Source of the DNA: an uncultured Bacilli bacterium
GTDB lineage: Bacteria; Bacillota_I; Bacilli_A; RF39; UBA660
Length of the DNA stretch: 64,000 bases
Assembly: GCA_934167485.1 (NCBI GenBank)
Contig: CAKPKL010000006.1
Span: 41,466 to 105,465, forward strand
Reading direction: 5' to 3'
Below the pieces are notes generated by a model, which ran no database searches, was not told where the DNA came from, and saw nothing but the letters and a program-made list of their open reading frames with translations. Position 1 is the stretch's first letter. Each line of letters begins with the position of its first letter. This document shows, piece after piece, positions 19,208-29,624 of the stretch. The translations under genes and the position numbers were made by a program.

Positions 19208-19239
19208 ATTATACTAAAAAAAGATTGATTAATCAATCT
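19208..19239 (-). repeat. Copy 1 of the palindromic terminator/promoter module (AGATTGATTAATCAATCT + T7 + AGTATAAT on the minus strand)
   Basis: Perfect 18-bp palindrome at 19222..19239, 7 nt after the trmK stop codon. It parses as TTGATT (19236..19231), 17 nt spacer, TATAAT (19213..19208), ~33 nt before the pilin ATG. Confidence 0.65.
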
Positions 19240-19245
19240 ATTATT

Positions 19246-19896
19246 TTAGAAATCTATTTTTATATCTAACAATTTCAATCTTAATATTAATAATATATAT
19301 TTAAATTTTATATTTAATTTTTTTATGGATATTTGTTTAATTATTTTTTTATATTTATTGATAATATATTTTTTATATTGAATATTATATTTTAATATAG
19401 GACCAAAAATATAATCATTTTCATTATATTTCTTATATCCTTTTTTAAATTTTATTATTATATAAGGTTTACCTTTATCAATTATAAATATTTCACTATC
19501 TATAAAATAACCTAAACTAACTACCTCTCTTCTTAATATATCAATATCATTGTTTGAAGATATAATAAGTGTATTACTTAGTTTATTAGTTTTTAAAATA
19601 TCTAATATTGTATGTGTTCCCATACCACATATTACTATATTATCTTTTTTGTTAACTTTAATATCAGTAAGTCCATCTGTAAGTTTTACTTCTATTTTAT
19701 CAGTCAAATTATGCTTTTCAATATTTTTTATTGCACTATTTAATGCATTTTCATTTATATCTGTAGCAATACATTTATTTTCATTATTTAAAGTTAAATA
19801 TATATCCAAATATGCATGATCACATCCAACATCTATAACTTTTCTTCCAACATCTACTAAAGTAGCTACAGCCTGTAATCTTTTTGATAAGTTCAT
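19246..19896 (-). CDS. trmK: tRNA (adenine22-N1)-methyltransferase TrmK-like
   Basis: N-terminus LSKRLQAVATLVDVGRKVIDVGCDHAYLDIYL matches the TrmK/YqfN pattern. It sits immediately downstream of sigA, as in B. subtilis. Confidence 0.8.
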   Translation of the reverse strand: MNLSKRLQAVATLVDVGRKVIDVGCDHAYLDIYLTLNNENKCIATDINENALNSAIKNIEKHNLTDKIEVKLTDGLTDIKVNKKDNIVICGMGTHTILDILKTNKLSNTLIISSNNDIDILRREVVSLGYFIDSEIFIIDKGKPYIIIKFKKGYKKYNENDYIFGPILKYNIQYKKYIINKYKKIIKQISIKKLNIKFKYILLILRLKLLDIKIDF

Positions 19897-20975
19897 TAGT
19901 CACCCATATAATCACGAAGTTTACGAGAACGAGAAGGATGTCTAAGTTTACGAAGAGCTTTTGCTTCTATTTGTCTTATTCTCTCTCTTGTTACTCCAAA
20001 CATTTGACCAACTTCTTCTAGAGTTCTTGGTTTACCATCTTCTAGGCCAAATCTTAATCTAATTACTTTTTCTTCTCTTTCTGTTAAAGTTTCTAATACT
20101 TGACTAATTTCATCTTTTAACATTTCATTAGTAGCAAACTCTTCAGGACTTAAATTTCTCTCGTCTTTAATGAAATCACCTAAATGTGAATCATCCTCTT
20201 CTCCTATTGGAGTTTCTAAGCTGACTGGATCTTGACTAATTTTATATATTTCTCTTACTTTTTCTACAGAAGTATTCATTTTTTTAGCAAGTTCTTCCTC
20301 ACTTGGTTCACGATTAAGCTCAAGTGTTAATTGTCTTTGAACACGAGCAAGTTTATTTATTGTTTCTACCATATGAACTGGTACACGAATTGTACGTGCT
20401 TGATCTGCTATTGCACGTGTTATAGCTTGTCTAATCCACCATGTAGCATATGTTGAAAATTTATAACCTTTACTTACATCAAATTTATCTACTGCTTTCA
20501 TAAGTCCAATATTTCCTTCTTGGATTAAATCAAGAAATAGCATACCACGACCAACATATCTTTTAGCTATACTAACAACTAAACGTAAATTAGCCTCAGC
20601 TAGTATATTTTTTGCTTCTTCATCACCTGCAGTAATTCTATCTGCAAGTGCACCCTCTTCATCAAGAGTTAATAATTTTATTTGTCCAATTTCTTTTAAA
20701 TACATTCTAACTGGATCATTTATAGTTAAGTCTTTAGTAAGCGAATTATCATCCAAAAGTAATTTATCAGCACTTTCTTCCTCTTCTTCACTTTCACTTA
20801 CAACAGCTATATTATTTTCATTAAATACATTATATAATTCATCCAAGCTATCAGCGTCAAGATCAAGACCTTTTAGAGAGGTTGCTAACTCCTCATAAGT
20901 TATAATTCCTTTTTCTTTACCTTTTTTTACTAATTCTTGTTTTCTTTGTTCAAATGTTTTTATTTCATCTATCAT
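19896..20975 (-). CDS. sigA: Primary RNA polymerase sigma factor (RpoD/SigA)
   Basis: 359 aa. Region 2 [27 protein letters not shown]. Region 4 [30 protein letters not shown]. Confidence 0.97.
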   Translation of the reverse strand: MIDEIKTFEQRKQELVKKGKEKGIITYEELATSLKGLDLDADSLDELYNVFNENNIAVVSESEEEEESADKLLLDDNSLTKDLTINDPVRMYLKEIGQIKLLTLDEEGALADRITAGDEEAKNILAEANLRLVVSIAKRYVGRGMLFLDLIQEGNIGLMKAVDKFDVSKGYKFSTYATWWIRQAITRAIADQARTIRVPVHMVETINKLARVQRQLTLELNREPSEEELAKKMNTSVEKVREIYKISQDPVSLETPIGEEDDSHLGDFIKDERNLSPEEFATNEMLKDEISQVLETLTEREEKVIRLRFGLEDGKPRTLEEVGQMFGVTRERIRQIEAKALRKLRHPSRSRKLRDYMGD

Positions 20976-22704
20976 ACTCTTCTTCTCTCCTTCTTTTATA
21001 CTCTATTTTTTTATTAGCAAGTTCAATTCTTTTTTCTAAATTAACCTCTTTAGCTATTTTATTTTTATATATATTACTTATCTGTTTTTCATTATATTCT
21101 CTAATATTATTTAAATAGTCATCTATCGCATCATAATTAACTTCATCACTTAAATCTAAATTAGTTATATCCCCTATTGCTTTTATAGAATCTATATCAT
21201 CACCAAGAAAAGTTATAAAATCTGCTACATTTATATATCCATTTTCTTTATAAAAGTAATCTATTTGAAAAGCTAATTGCCTATAAAGTTCTGTAGGCAT
21301 ATGTGTTATCTTTTTTTCATACATTTTTATTACTTCTTTATCAATTAACATATAATATAACAAATACATTTCTGATTTAACATACTTGTCCATTTTTATT
21401 TTAGTATTTCTTTTTACTTCTATTTTTATAGGTTCTTTTTCTTTCAATTTACTTTTTAATAAATTAATATCTAATTTAGTTTCCTCACTTAATTTATTTA
21501 TACTAATTTCTCTTAATATATCGTCATCTATATTATTTATTTCTTCTATCATTTTATTTACATAATTAGATAGTTCTAAGGAATTATTTAAGTTATATTC
21601 TTTTTTTAATAATGTTTCTTTAAATTCCATCAAATCCATAGGATTATTTATTTTATTTAAAAAAGCTTCTTTTCCATTTTTTAAAATATATTCATCAGGA
21701 TCACTATTATTTTCTAATCTCATTATTTTAGGTATTATACCTAACTTACCTAGTTCTTCTATCGCACTTTTAGTACCTTTAAGTCCTGCATCATCACCAT
21801 CAAAACAAAGTATTACATCACTAGATAATTTTCTAATAAGCATAGCTTGTTCACTACCAAATGCAGTACCTAGTGCAGCAACACAATTTTTAACACCTAT
21901 AGTATAAGCTCTTATTACATCCATAGGTCCTTCCATAATTATTATAGATTTTTTCTTTCTACACTCTTCTTTAGCTCTATGATAGTTATATAAAAGTTCT
22001 CTTTTCTTAAATATATCTGTTTCTTTAGAATTTATATATTTATTTTCTTTTTCACCATTATAAACTCTTCCATTATAACCAATAACTTTACCGTTTAAAT
22101 CATATAAAGGAAACATAATTCTATTTCGATATACATCATTTAATACATAATTATTTTCATTTACTAAACCACTTTTAATTAAAATATCATCACTATATTT
22201 TTTGGACTTTAATAATTTAGTTAATACATCTTTTTCATTTAAAGAAAGTCCTATACCGAATTCTTTTATAGTAACATCATCAAGTGATCTATTATGTAAA
22301 TATTCTTTTGCTTTTTTACCTAATTCTGTATTTATATTGTTTTGATAAAATTTAAAACTTAATTCATAAATATCATATAAGTCTTGATGTTTATTTTTAG
22401 TAGTTATTTTACCTATATCTAATGATATACCAACCATATCAGCACATTTCTTTACTGCCTCTATAAAGCTGATATTTTCATAATCTTGAATGAATTTAAA
22501 TACATTACCAGTCGCGCCACATGAAAAACAAGTATAAATTTGTCTTTCTTTTGAAACACTCATACTTGGTGAATGATCATCATGAAATGGACAAACACCA
22601 AAATAATTTTTACCTTTAGAAGTTAAAGGTAAGTAATTAGATATAACATCTACTATATCTATATTTTCTCTTATTTCATTTATAGTATTATTATCTATTC
22701 TCAT
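20965..22704 (-). CDS. dnaG: DNA primase DnaG
   Basis: Zinc finger [14 protein letters not shown]...[21 protein letters not shown]...DGDDAG. Start moved to ATG 22704 (GGAAGTG RBS) from the track's 22743. Overlaps the sigA start by 11 nt. Confidence 0.95.
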   Translation of the reverse strand: MRIDNNTINEIRENIDIVDVISNYLPLTSKGKNYFGVCPFHDDHSPSMSVSKERQIYTCFSCGATGNVFKFIQDYENISFIEAVKKCADMVGISLDIGKITTKNKHQDLYDIYELSFKFYQNNINTELGKKAKEYLHNRSLDDVTIKEFGIGLSLNEKDVLTKLLKSKKYSDDILIKSGLVNENNYVLNDVYRNRIMFPLYDLNGKVIGYNGRVYNGEKENKYINSKETDIFKKRELLYNYHRAKEECRKKKSIIIMEGPMDVIRAYTIGVKNCVAALGTAFGSEQAMLIRKLSSDVILCFDGDDAGLKGTKSAIEELGKLGIIPKIMRLENNSDPDEYILKNGKEAFLNKINNPMDLMEFKETLLKKEYNLNNSLELSNYVNKMIEEINNIDDDILREISINKLSEETKLDINLLKSKLKEKEPIKIEVKRNTKIKMDKYVKSEMYLLYYMLIDKEVIKMYEKKITHMPTELYRQLAFQIDYFYKENGYINVADFITFLGDDIDSIKAIGDITNLDLSDEVNYDAIDDYLNNIREYNEKQISNIYKNKIAKEVNLEKRIELANKKIEYKRRREEEYDR

Positions 22705-22776
22705 AAAATCACTTCCAAGGTACCTATAATTAATAAACGACAAAAAATTAAAATTTCCTTTTTTTTATAACAAATT

Positions 22777-23706
22777 TTATAAAAAAATTGTATTTTTTTC
22801 TATTTTATAGTCAGTTTTATACTTTAATTCACGAATTAATCTAAATAATGCGTCATCTTTCTTTTTGGCTTCTATCATAACATCAAAATCCCTTTTTGTA
22901 AACTTTATTTTTTCAATAAAACTAATAAAATCATCTACATTAATATAATCATTGTGACTTCTTTTATTCTTTTTATCTTTTGGACTTGAAAAATGAATTT
23001 TAGGTACACCTTGCCATGTTCCAAATATCCTTTCAATATAATCTTCAATTTTTTCATTATTTCTATTAACTTTAAAATGGTGGTAATCAAGTACCATAGG
23101 AACTTTTATTTTTTCACATAAACTTAAAACATTTCTTATATTAAAACTTTTATCATCATTTTCTATTACAATTAATTTTTGTGTATCAGAATCTAATTTA
23201 TTAAAATTTTCTATAAATCTATTTATACTTTTTTTCTTTCCATCACTCTTACTTCCAACATGAAGTACCAACTTAGATTCTATTCCCATATATTGATACA
23301 TTTTTTTGTATATTTTGAGTATATTAATTGTAGAGTCTACAACCTCTTTATTTACGCTATTTAAAACAGTATAAGCAGAAGGATGCATATCGACTCTTAA
23401 ATTATTTTCTTTTATTATATTACCAATATTCTTATAATTATCTTTATATTGATTAAAAAAATCATATTTAACACTCGGATGATTTACTAAAGGTAATAGC
23501 TCTGAAGTCATTCTAAAAAAAGTAACATCATTTCTTATATTATATTTTAGTATATTTTCTAAAGCTTCAAAATTACTTTTAATAACTGTATCTAATTTTT
23601 GATTAGCTCTACTTCCAAGTTTTTTATAATTTGTATATGTAAGTGTATGTGAAGATGTTTCAGTTATCGTAACAGGCACACAAGCATATCCCAATCTTAT
23701 TTTCAT
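22777..23706 (-). CDS. uvsE: UV damage endonuclease (UvdE/UvsE family)
   Basis: MKIRLGYACVPVTI...TLTYTNYKKL...FFRMTSELLPLVNHPSV...HVGS...IENDD...DYHH fits the UvdE TIM-barrel pattern. Start moved to ATG 23706. Confidence 0.85.
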   Translation of the reverse strand: MKIRLGYACVPVTITETSSHTLTYTNYKKLGSRANQKLDTVIKSNFEALENILKYNIRNDVTFFRMTSELLPLVNHPSVKYDFFNQYKDNYKNIGNIIKENNLRVDMHPSAYTVLNSVNKEVVDSTINILKIYKKMYQYMGIESKLVLHVGSKSDGKKKSINRFIENFNKLDSDTQKLIVIENDDKSFNIRNVLSLCEKIKVPMVLDYHHFKVNRNNEKIEDYIERIFGTWQGVPKIHFSSPKDKKNKRSHNDYINVDDFISFIEKIKFTKRDFDVMIEAKKKDDALFRLIRELKYKTDYKIEKNTIFL

Positions 23707-23746
23707 AGTATCACCATTTATTATTATAAATAGAAAGGAGTTTTTT

Positions 23747-24283
23747 ATGAATTTAAAAAAAGCAAAAATTATAAGTGTCATAGGTATATTCATACTGTGT
23801 TTTTTATTTCATTCTATATATGAAATTTTACCAAATACTATAAGTGCGATGTTATTTCCTGTAAATGAATCAATTTGGGAACATCAAAAACTAATGTTTA
23901 CGAGTGTTGTAGCATATGGAATAATTGACTACATAATACTTAGTAAATTTAATATAAAATATAATAATTTCTTTTTATCACTATTTGTAAGTTCAATAAC
24001 TATAATACCAATATTCTTAATAATATATTTGCCTTTTTATTATAAAATAGGTCCTAAAATATTTCTAAATATTGGAGTAATGTTAATAGCTATAATTATA
24101 TCTCAAATAATTAGTTATTGTATTTTAAGTAAAAAAGCATATGATAAATGTGATATAATTTCTATAATATTAATTATTATAAGTTATATTACATTAGCAT
24201 ATCTTACATATAATCCTATTAAATGTGACTTGTTTTTTGATACAAAAGATGAAAAATATGGTATAAATAATTATAATATTTAA
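23747..24283 (+). CDS. Polytopic membrane protein of unknown function
   Basis: 178 aa, about 5 hydrophobic helices. AAAGGAG RBS. Divergent from uvsE. Confidence 0.7.
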   Translation: MNLKKAKIISVIGIFILCFLFHSIYEILPNTISAMLFPVNESIWEHQKLMFTSVVAYGIIDYIILSKFNIKYNNFFLSLFVSSITIIPIFLIIYLPFYYKIGPKIFLNIGVMLIAIIISQIISYCILSKKAYDKCDIISIILIIISYITLAYLTYNPIKCDLFFDTKDEKYGINNYNI

Positions 24284-24290
24284 AAATAAA

Positions 24291-24308
24291 GAGAGTCTTT
24301 TGACTCTC
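24291..24308. terminator. Hairpin GAGAGTC-TTTT-GACTCTC between convergent genes
   Basis: 7-bp GC-containing stem right after the plus-strand gene. The A-rich 5' flank gives a U run for minus-strand read-in. There is no clear U run for the plus strand. Confidence 0.45.
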
Positions 24309-24453
24309 CAATCTATATAAACACCTTACCTAAATAAGGTGAGGTGTAGCAGGATTACCTCATATTTATATTATATTTACTTTCTTTAATAATATTCATA
24401 TAAATTTGCTTTCATAATAATATATGAATGTTGTTATATTTTGTGAATAAAAA

Positions 24454-24714
24454 TTAGTGTAATAGTATTATTCTTATCACTGCATTATTAGGCATTTCTA
24501 ACGTTTTCCTGATGTCAGGAAAATGTTCTTTATAATTAATAATGCTGTTTTTACAAGCATTAATCGCCTTTCCTATTACTTTGATAAAATTTTCCCATTT
24601 ACTATATCCCAATACTGACATTAACTCTCTTGCAAGCTAATATTCTTTACCAAATTCATCTATACGTTTTATGTTTTCAAATAATTTTGTAGTATATTCT
24701 TTTATTTCATTCAT
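24454..24714 (-). pseudogene. Truncated DinD-like (DNA-damage-inducible protein D / BRO-N-like) gene fragment with an in-frame stop
   Basis: AAGGGAG RBS + ATG 24714. MNEIKEYTTKLFENIKRIDEFGKEY*LARELMSVLGYSKWENFIKVIGKAINACKNS... has a TAG at 24637..24639 where the family has Trp. Only ~86 codons remain. Confidence 0.6.
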
Positions 24715-24730
24715 TTTATCAATCTCCCTT

Positions 24731-25312
24731 CTATGGACTACAAGTTTCTATTTTCAATTTATTATTTTTTATTTTAAACTTAATACTTCCATCTTGATCT
24801 GTTCTATATATTTTTGATTGTTCTAGATTATTTAATACTTCTTTATTCGGATGGCCATAGCGATTATTCTTCCCAACACTAATAATTGAATATTTTGGAT
24901 TTATCTCATCTATAAACTCTTTACTACTACTTGTTTTAGATCCATGATGTCCAACCTTTAATACATCTATATCAGATAAATTATACTTATCTATTATATC
25001 GCGTTCTCTTTCTATTCCAGCATCTCCCATAAATAAAAACTGGTACTTGTTATATTCAAAATACATAACACTCGAATTATCATTTTCATTGTCATATACT
25101 TTAGTATTTAAAAATTTAAATATATGTTTATCTATATTCAATGTTTTAGTGCAAGAATAATACTTAATACTTTTCCTATTTAATATTTTAATAAGTTTAT
25201 TTTCTAAATTATTATAGTAACCGCAATTAGATATAACATTCTCTATTTTAAAATTATTAACTAAATTAATAGAATTTCCCATGTGATCATAATCTCCATG
25301 TGGTGATTGTCA
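24731..25312 (-). pseudogene. Orphan duplicate of the comEC 3' end (metallo-beta-lactamase domain fragment)
   Basis: The 183-aa ORF aligns end to end with the last 184 aa of ComEC (26776..28821). Identity is about three quarters overall and ~90% over the last 90 aa, including HHGSKTSSS and NRYGHPNKEVL. Homology extends ~30 nt further upstream across a 1-nt insertion (ITHGDYDHMG frame broken). It lies behind a terminator hairpin at ~25340..25364. Confidence 0.85.
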
Positions 25313-25364
25313 AACAGTAAGTCGAATAACACTAAAGAAAAAGAATTACCATTATGATAATTCT

Positions 25365-25841
25365 TTAATCCTTTTTAATTAATTTTTTTATTCTTGGTTT
25401 GAGATCATAAATTTCTTCTTGGGTAATCTCACCAGATTCATTAATTGATAATTCAGGAATTACAATACCCGTTTCAAGTTCAATCCAATCTGCTAATAAT
25501 CTTCTATGGCAAAAGTGTTCTTTATTTATTTCTAATCCAGGCAGTTCATGACAAAGCAATATTATTTTCTCTCCAAATTTTTGTTTTAAAGTATCCATTA
25601 ATTCATATGGATTTAAGTCTTTCAGCCTTAAATCATAAAATTCTTTTATATACCAATCAATTAATTCATCTTCTGATAAATTATCGGGATTTTGATCATA
25701 ATATTGCCATAAATATAATTTTGGAGACATTTTCTTATATGCATTACCATAAAAACCCCAGGCATTCCCACCATCACCAGTAATTGATACTAAATTGCCG
25801 GCTTTAGCGTTTGCATAACAACTTGTTCCTTTAATAATCAT
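25365..25841 (-). CDS. DUF488-family protein
   Basis: 158 aa. IILLCHELPGLEINKEHFCHRRLLADWIE matches the DUF488 LLC.E...CHR...A.WL signature. Start moved to ATG 25841 (GTAGGTGG RBS). The track start is a GTG. Confidence 0.65.
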   Translation of the reverse strand: MIIKGTSCYANAKAGNLVSITGDGGNAWGFYGNAYKKMSPKLYLWQYYDQNPDNLSEDELIDWYIKEFYDLRLKDLNPYELMDTLKQKFGEKIILLCHELPGLEINKEHFCHRRLLADWIELETGIVIPELSINESGEITQEEIYDLKPRIKKLIKKD

Positions 25842-25872
25842 CAAAACCACCTACAAACTAATTAATATTATA

Positions 25873-26763
25873 TCACACTAATTCATATTCTCTAACAGCA
25901 ATTCTATCATCTGAGCAGTATTCGATTACAAATTCATTTTCTCTCTTACATATTAATATTCCAATAGTAGAATTATTACTTATTTCTTTTACATTTTTAT
26001 CTATATAATTCATATATTTTTGAACTTGCGCAATATATTCTACCTTAAACTCTGTTACTTTTAATTCAACTACTACATAACAATTGTATTTTATATTGAA
26101 AAGCAATAAATCAATATAGTGATTTCTGTCACCTATTTTAATTTTATATTCGCTACCAATAAAACTAAATGAATTCCCAAGGTCTTTCATAAATGATTCA
26201 ATATCTTCTAATATTAGATGATGAAGTGCCTTTTCAGTTATTATTTCTATATTATTTTTATTCCTAATTAAAATAGGATTTGGCACTAAATCTTTTACAT
26301 TAATTTTTTTACTATTCATAAGTTTGTTCTTTGTTTCAATTGGTAACCTTTCATATTCACTATTCTTAATTATTTCTTCTAATTGTCTTTTTGAAAGATT
26401 CCTTTTTTCTATTTGTTCAGCATAATAATTTATCTCATTATTATCAGTTAAACTAAACAATTGTCTTATGTGACTAATTGATAATTTGGTCCCCAGTGGG
26501 GACCATTTTTGTTTCTCAAAGAATTGATACAATTGTCTCATTCTTCTTAAAGTTCTCGGATTGTATTTCTTATCAACTTCAACTGTTAACTTATTAGAAT
26601 AATTACCAATTATATTATCACCATACTTACTTCCCGCTTCTAATAGTAATTTGCCTACCTCATAATGTGTTAAAAGAGTATGTCTTTCTTTTGAATAATC
26701 TTTTATTTTCGAATATACTTCATCGTCAATTAATTTGTTTTTAATCTCATTATAATAATTCAT
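25873..26763 (-). CDS. YhcG-like PDDEXK nuclease (DUF1016)
   Basis: 296 aa. N-terminal helical domain (HYEVGKLLLEAG...RTLRRMRQLYQFF). C-terminal restriction-endonuclease-like core IDLLLFNIKYNCYVVVELKVTEFKVEYIAQVQKYMNYID. AAAGGAG RBS. The ATG is 12 nt after the comEC stop. Confidence 0.8.
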   Translation of the reverse strand: MNYYNEIKNKLIDDEVYSKIKDYSKERHTLLTHYEVGKLLLEAGSKYGDNIIGNYSNKLTVEVDKKYNPRTLRRMRQLYQFFEKQKWSPLGTKLSISHIRQLFSLTDNNEINYYAEQIEKRNLSKRQLEEIIKNSEYERLPIETKNKLMNSKKINVKDLVPNPILIRNKNNIEIITEKALHHLILEDIESFMKDLGNSFSFIGSEYKIKIGDRNHYIDLLLFNIKYNCYVVVELKVTEFKVEYIAQVQKYMNYIDKNVKEISNNSTIGILICKRENEFVIEYCSDDRIAVREYELV

Positions 26764-26775
26764 ATTTGCTCCTTT

Positions 26776-28821
26776 CTATGGACTACAAGTTTCTATTTTT
26801 AATTTATTATTTTTGATTTTAAATATTATACTTCCATCTTGATCTGTTCTATATATTTTTGAATCTTCTAAATTATCTAATACTTCTTTATTCGGATGAC
26901 CATAACGATTGTTCTTCCCAACACTAATTATAGAATAATTAGGTTTTATTTCATTAATTAATTCTTTACTACTACTTGTCTTACTACCATGATGTCCTAC
27001 TTTTAAAACATCAATATCTGGTAAGTTATACTTATTTAATATTTCTTTTTCAGTAGTACTCGAAGCATCTCCCATAAACATAAATTTATAACCATTAAGT
27101 TCTGTATAAATAACATTACTATTATCATTTTCATTGTCATATTCTTTTGTTTGTAAGAAATGTAATTTATTCTTATCTACATTTAATTCTTTGATGCATG
27201 AATAATACTTTATTTTCTTTTTATCTAAAACTTTAATCAGTTCTTTTTCTAAGTCGTTATATGATCCACAATTAAAGATTACTTTCTCTACTTTAAAGTT
27301 ATTTACTAAATTAATAGCTTCCCCCATATGATCGTAATCACCATGAGTTATAATTAAATAATCTAACTTTTGTATTCCTTCACTTTTTAAATAACTAATT
27401 ATATTTTTAGAACCATCGTAATTTATATTTCCACCTGCATCTATTAATATATTACTTTTATTATGTGGAAGATGGATAAATATGCTATCACCTTGTCCAA
27501 CATCCATAATTGTCGTAAAAAAGGTATTTGTTATATAATTAATATTTGTATGAATAAATAAAAATAAAACTAATAAAAATATATATTTATACTGTTTTCT
27601 TACTATTTTAAATAATATAAGTGTTATCAAAAGATAGTATAAAAGTATAATTAATATATTAGTATGTTTTAATATCATTTCTATTTTAAAATAGCTTACA
27701 AATAAAGATAATCCTTCTAACATATTAATTAGTATTTCATATATTATATCTATTTTAGGTATTATAAGAGTTAATAATGAAAATGGGAATACTATAAATG
27801 AAATAATTGGTACAAATATTAAATTATTTATTATAGTTAATAAATTTATACTAAAAAAATTATTTATAAGTATTGGTATACTAGATAAAAAAGCTATAAA
27901 GGATGTTACAATTGTTTTAGTTATATAATTTTTATTTCTATTTATTATTTTTCTAAATATAATTAAATAAAGTGATATTATATAACTAAATTTAAAACCT
28001 ATATTATATATGTTATATGGATTAAATAATAATACTAAAAATAGTATTATTAAAAATATTCTTAAGGTACTTAAATTTAAACTTAATAATTTATTGAGTG
28101 TTAAAAATATAAATAAAGTTGTAGCTCTTATCACAGATGGTGTAAAACTAGTAAGAAACATATAAAATATTAAAAAAATAATAACTAAAATGTAATTTAT
28201 ATTACTTTTTTTTATTTTATTTAAAATATATAAAATTAAAGTAGATAAAAGAGTTATATGCATACCAGATACAGAAAATAGATGACTTATACCATTTGTT
28301 CTATATGATTCTAAAACATTTTCATCTATTTCTTTTGAATCACCCATAATAAAAGTATTTAAATATCTAAAACCTTTTTTCTTATTTATTTGTTTACTTA
28401 AATTATTTTTAATACTATAAAATATATTATTATTTTTAGATATTAATTTAATACTAGAAGCATTCATAATAAAATATGTGTTTTTACTTAACATATATTT
28501 TTTATAATTAAATAAATTAAAGTTTGTATTATTTTCTATATTTTTTAATGTTCCAACTACTTTTACTTTATCACCTAATCCTAAATTAGTTTTATTATAA
28601 TAATATACTATAATATTTTCTTTAGCTTTAATATTTATAATAGTTTTATCTTCTTTTATATTTATATTGGTAACTATACCTATTATATTTTTTTCATGTT
28701 TACTATATTTACTTTGTATATTGCATGTTTTATAAGCTATATTTAATATTACAATTAAAAAAAGAAGAATTAAAAATGTATTAGACTTTAATATAATCTT
28801 TAATTTTTGAATAAAGTGCAT
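26776..28821 (-). CDS. comEC: DNA internalisation competence protein ComEC/Rec2
   Basis: 681 aa. N-terminal TM/OB region, polytopic competence domain, C-terminal metallo-beta-lactamase domain (VGQGDSIFIH...ITHGDYDHMG...GHHGSKTSSS). The start overlaps comEA by 41 nt and its RBS is poor, so the start is uncertain. Confidence 0.9.
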   Translation of the reverse strand: MHFIQKLKIILKSNTFLILLFLIVILNIAYKTCNIQSKYSKHEKNIIGIVTNINIKEDKTIINIKAKENIIVYYYNKTNLGLGDKVKVVGTLKNIENNTNFNLFNYKKYMLSKNTYFIMNASSIKLISKNNNIFYSIKNNLSKQINKKKGFRYLNTFIMGDSKEIDENVLESYRTNGISHLFSVSGMHITLLSTLILYILNKIKKSNINYILVIIFLIFYMFLTSFTPSVIRATTLFIFLTLNKLLSLNLSTLRIFLIILFLVLLFNPYNIYNIGFKFSYIISLYLIIFRKIINRNKNYITKTIVTSFIAFLSSIPILINNFFSINLLTIINNLIFVPIISFIVFPFSLLTLIIPKIDIIYEILINMLEGLSLFVSYFKIEMILKHTNILIILLYYLLITLILFKIVRKQYKYIFLLVLFLFIHTNINYITNTFFTTIMDVGQGDSIFIHLPHNKSNILIDAGGNINYDGSKNIISYLKSEGIQKLDYLIITHGDYDHMGEAINLVNNFKVEKVIFNCGSYNDLEKELIKVLDKKKIKYYSCIKELNVDKNKLHFLQTKEYDNENDNSNVIYTELNGYKFMFMGDASSTTEKEILNKYNLPDIDVLKVGHHGSKTSSSKELINEIKPNYSIISVGKNNRYGHPNKEVLDNLEDSKIYRTDQDGSIIFKIKNNKLKIETCSP

Positions 28822-29494
28822 CCCCTATTCCAGATACATTTTTAATGTCTTCTATAGTTTTAAATTCTCCATTTTCTTCTCTATATTTTATTATAGCTTT
28901 AGCTTTCGATTCTCCTAAACCTGATATTGTCATAAGTTCTTCTACTGTTCCAGTATTTATTGAAATTAAATTTTTATCTTTAGTTTGTTCTTTTTTAACT
29001 GCCTCTACTCCATTTGTATTTACTTTATCTGATTCATTTATACAAGCACTATTTATATTATCAGGACAATCGCATTTATATTTAATATATATTACATTTT
29101 TATCAGTTTCCCTAAATTTAGAAACATCATCATTTGAATATATAATTATAATCATCTCATCTTCTAACTTTTTACTTAAATTGATATATTCAGTATTAGC
29201 GCCCTCTTTAAGTCCTCCTGCTTTATGTATTAGATCAATAACTCTAGAACTAGAATCCATTTCATATACTCCAGGCTTATTTATTAAACCTTTTATATCT
29301 ACCCTTATTTTTGTTTCTTCTTTTGTTTCTTTTTTTACTTCTTCTTTATTTTCTAAAGATACTTCTTGTTTTTCTATTTGTGATTCATTATTTTTATTTA
29401 ATTTTATTGCGAGTATTATAAGAATTATAATAACTAAAAACACAATTATTAATGTATACTTATACTTTTCTATATAGTATTTTACTTTTTCCAT
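28781..29494 (-). CDS. comEA: Competence DNA receptor ComEA (SLBB + helix-hairpin-helix)
   Basis: 237 aa. N-terminal TM helix. SLBB-like VDIKGLINKPGVYEMDSSSRVIDLIHKAGG. C-terminal HhH pair LMTISGLGESKAKAIIKYREENGEFKTIEDIKNVSGIGDALYSKI. Confidence 0.9.
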   Translation of the reverse strand: MEKVKYYIEKYKYTLIIVFLVIIILIILAIKLNKNNESQIEKQEVSLENKEEVKKETKEETKIRVDIKGLINKPGVYEMDSSSRVIDLIHKAGGLKEGANTEYINLSKKLEDEMIIIIYSNDDVSKFRETDKNVIYIKYKCDCPDNINSACINESDKVNTNGVEAVKKEQTKDKNLISINTGTVEELMTISGLGESKAKAIIKYREENGEFKTIEDIKNVSGIGDALYSKIKDYIKV

Positions 29495-29559
29495 ATATTC
29501 CTTTCTAGTGATTTTCCTATAAATATTATATTAAAAAATGAATGAATTTCCTTTTTTTC

Positions 29560-29588
29560 TTGTAATCTTTTTTTATTTTTTGTATAAT
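29560..29588 (+). promoter_or_regulatory. Sigma-A promoter of the glmS leader
   Basis: TTGTAA (29560..29565), 17 nt spacer including an extended TG, TATAAT (29583..29588). Confidence 0.55.
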
Positions 29589-29624
29589 TATATTAAAGAT
29601 ACTAAAGGTAATTGAGGAATACTT

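Noticed and set aside
15233-19819. Plus-strand ORFs 15233..15595, 17054..17236, 18782..19123 and 19550..19819
   Set aside because: They are antisense to supported genes. The Ser/Phe/Leu-rich translations mirror the Glu/Lys/Asn-rich sense proteins.
24311-24453. Hairpin ACACCTTACC-TAAATAA-GGTGAGGTGT (24321..24347) as a tRNA fragment or att core at the islet edge
   Set aside because: It has no cloverleaf and no similarity to the tRNAs in the window. It is most simply a terminator for the decayed DinD-like gene, since a T-rich tract follows on the minus strand.
25445-25783. Plus-strand ORF of 112 aa inside the DUF488 gene
   Set aside because: It is an antisense shadow. The sense frame carries a recognisable family signature, a proper RBS and an ATG.
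28845-29477. Long (210 aa) plus-strand ORF opposite comEA
   Set aside because: Despite its length it is Ser/Phe/Ile low-complexity and has no RBS. The opposite frame encodes an unmistakable ComEA (SLBB + HhH).
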